DNA of 51,743 nt, filler included, from Catajapyx aquilonaris (taxonomy: Eukaryota), in assembly GCA_000934665.2 (NCBI GenBank). It is 3 parts of 3 records of this genome, joined end to end, with 100 filler letters (N's around TTAATTAATTAA, not from the genome) between each part and the next. Parts side by side here need not be neighbours in the genome. Positions count along the whole stretch, not along the records: positions 36,218 to 51,743 come from JYFJ02007482.1; 2 more parts are not named here. One strand, written 5' to 3'. Shown piece after piece: positions 50,351 to 51,743 of this stretch; the stretch's first letter is position 1, and each line of letters begins with the position of its first letter. The notes beneath the pieces were generated by a model. That model made no database searches, had not been told where the DNA came from, and was given only the letters and a program-made list of their open reading frames with translations. The translations under genes and the position numbers were made by a program.

Positions 50351-50927
50351 CAGGGTGTCCCGTAAGTCTGGGCTATTAGGAATTTCTCATAGTACAGTGT
50401 TTTAGTATTATTTTGCAACGACGGTAACAATTTTATAGTGACTCTAAAATTTTAAAGGGACACTCCACTCGAAATACAAGTTGGGTTCCAAAAATCCTGA
50501 TTCCGAGGGTATAGGCAGTTTTTCTTAGAGACGAACGGTAAGGCCAGTGTGAAAGCTGGAAGTGTGTCGTTCAAAAACCGTGCGCGGGGCGGTGGGCGCA
50601 GGTGGCGACGCCACCAGAGTGGAACCGGGCGGAACTAGTCCTTGGTCGCCTGGCGTGGCAGGTGTTTACTGACTATACTATACTTCTCCGGTTTGCCGCG
50701 GGATGGTGTTGAATCGCCCTTCTTAGCAGACGACGCTGGACGACGTGTGTAGATATATGATTTTTCGTGTTACCGTTGGGCGTAGAAAAAAACGATTGCA
50801 CATTCGGAATCAGGATTTTTTTCCCGATTTTTGGGGGCCAACTTGTATTTTGAGTGGAGTGTCCCTTTAAATTAATTTAATTACATTTAAAGTTAATTGC
50901 ACATTAATTTTTTTCTGGAACACCCTG
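50351..50927. mobile_element. Tc1/mariner MITE relic interrupted by a Kolobok MITE
   Basis: CAGGGTGTCCCG...CTGGAACACCCTG|TA. Confidence 0.55.
50456..50866. mobile_element. Kolobok-like MITE copy 2 (inverted relative to 25563-25977)
   Basis: TTAA|AGGGACACTCCACTCGAAATACAAGTTGG...CCAACTTGTATTTTGAGTGGAGTGTCCCT|TTAA. Confidence 0.88.
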
Positions 50928-51432
50928 TAGGTGAATTTTTTCGGCATTTGACATTCAAAAGGACCACCACGAGTTAAAATGATAAATATTTGAGCATATT
51001 GGTTTTCATTAATGTCACTCCTACTACAAATTTTCATCAAGAAAAGTAAAAAACTGCCGAAAAAACCCTGCCATCAAAGCGTTAAAGGACTGTATCTGCA
51101 AGGGGAGGAAAAATTATCTGTGCATCTACAGGGTTTCCGAAAAGTCCTGAACCATAGGCTACATCACAGTACTTGATCAAGGTCCTCTGTCAAGTTCTGC
51201 ACAGGTCTGCAGGAAGAATCGCAGGTTGTTGAGCACACGGGAAACAAAATCTGGGCCTATGGTATGGCATTCTTCTGCGATCATGGTTCGGATGTGGGCC
51301 ACATTTATGAAAATTCTGGTTCCAAAATGTCTCATCAGCTTTTGTAACAAATGTATCATGCTTGAAAGTGTTGATTTTGTGGTGTACCATAGTATATTTT
51401 TGTGTAGGTTGTTCCTGATAATATTAGATGAA

Positions 51433-51489
51433 ATAGTGAAAACTCAAATTCTTAAAGTATGGTTTCTCAGTAGTGAAAAGGTTGGCTTA

Positions 51490-51552
<63 letters not shown>

Positions 51553-51631
51553 TATTAATTATTCGTTATTCGTTATAGTGAAAACTCAAATTCTTAAAGT
51601 ATGGTTTCTCAGTAGTGAAAAGGTTGGCTTA

Positions 51632-51676
<45 letters not shown>

Positions 51677-51694
51677 TATTAATTATTCGTTATT
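51433..51694 (+). repeat. Tandem duplication containing (TTA)n
   Basis: ATAGTGAAAACTCAAATTCTTAAAG...GGCTTAA(TTA)n..ATTCGTTATT starts at 51433 and again at 51575; the copies differ in microsatellite length. Confidence 0.85.
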
Positions 51695-51743
51695 GCACAT
51701 AAATTGCACACACAAAAAAAAGTTTAACCAAAACTCGCGACCC

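Larger units (their letters stand above)
49419..51081. mobile_element. piggyBac-like non-autonomous element with TTAA TSD, hosting three further insertions
   Basis: TTAA|CCCTTTGAGGGC...GCCATCAAAGCG|TTAA (imperfect TIR). Confidence 0.65.
49263..51092 (+). mobile_element. MITE family B copy 2, split at its right TTAA by a piggyBac-like element
   Basis: TA|CAGTCCATTAAACGAAAGAATGATTTGACGTCACA...TGTGACGTCAAATCATTATCTCATTTAA|insert|TTAAAGGACTG|TA. Confidence 0.7.

Noticed and set aside
51130..51260. Next exon of the 48978 gene at the CTACAG acceptor
   Set aside because: All three frames hit stops soon after this acceptor, and alternative acceptors are unsupported.
51433..51694. Tandem duplication as a biological unit
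   Set aside because: Identical copies differing only in microsatellite length near the window end could be a haplotype or assembly artefact.

Overview
This is eukaryotic (metazoan, probably arthropod) genomic DNA made mostly of transposable elements and their relics. It has two 100-bp assembly gaps (44 N + TTAATTAATTAA + 44 N) at 20539-20638 and 36118-36217. Retroelements: two related but distinct decayed Ty3/Gypsy elements (one with pol and its 3' LTR; one with 5' LTR, tRNA-Leu PBS, gag and truncated pol), a LINE 3' end, and several tRNA-derived SINEs with clean TSDs. DNA elements: a Helitron/Helentron PIF1 helicase fragment, two mariner/Tc1 transposase pseudogenes, and many palindromic MITEs of Tc1/pogo, Kolobok, piggyBac, PIF/Harbinger, hAT, Sola and CACTA-like type, often nested several layers deep. 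Candidate host-type coding sequence is limited to a few spliceable exons: a CxxC...C..CxYP exon at 48978-49194 with a possible ATG mini-exon at 48403-48420, an exon at 45988-46218, and a minus-strand S/T/D/E-rich ORF at 5645-6361. Most ORFs in the supplied track are spurious. I see no prokaryotic operon, CRISPR array, rRNA or convincing intact tRNA, and no demonstrably new biological system. The most interesting signals are a 3'-terminal RNA structure shared by two SINE families and a LINE, TTAA sites in one MITE family hit by two different superfamilies, and Tigger4/MER46-like MITEs. All family assignments come from motif recognition by eye, not database searches.
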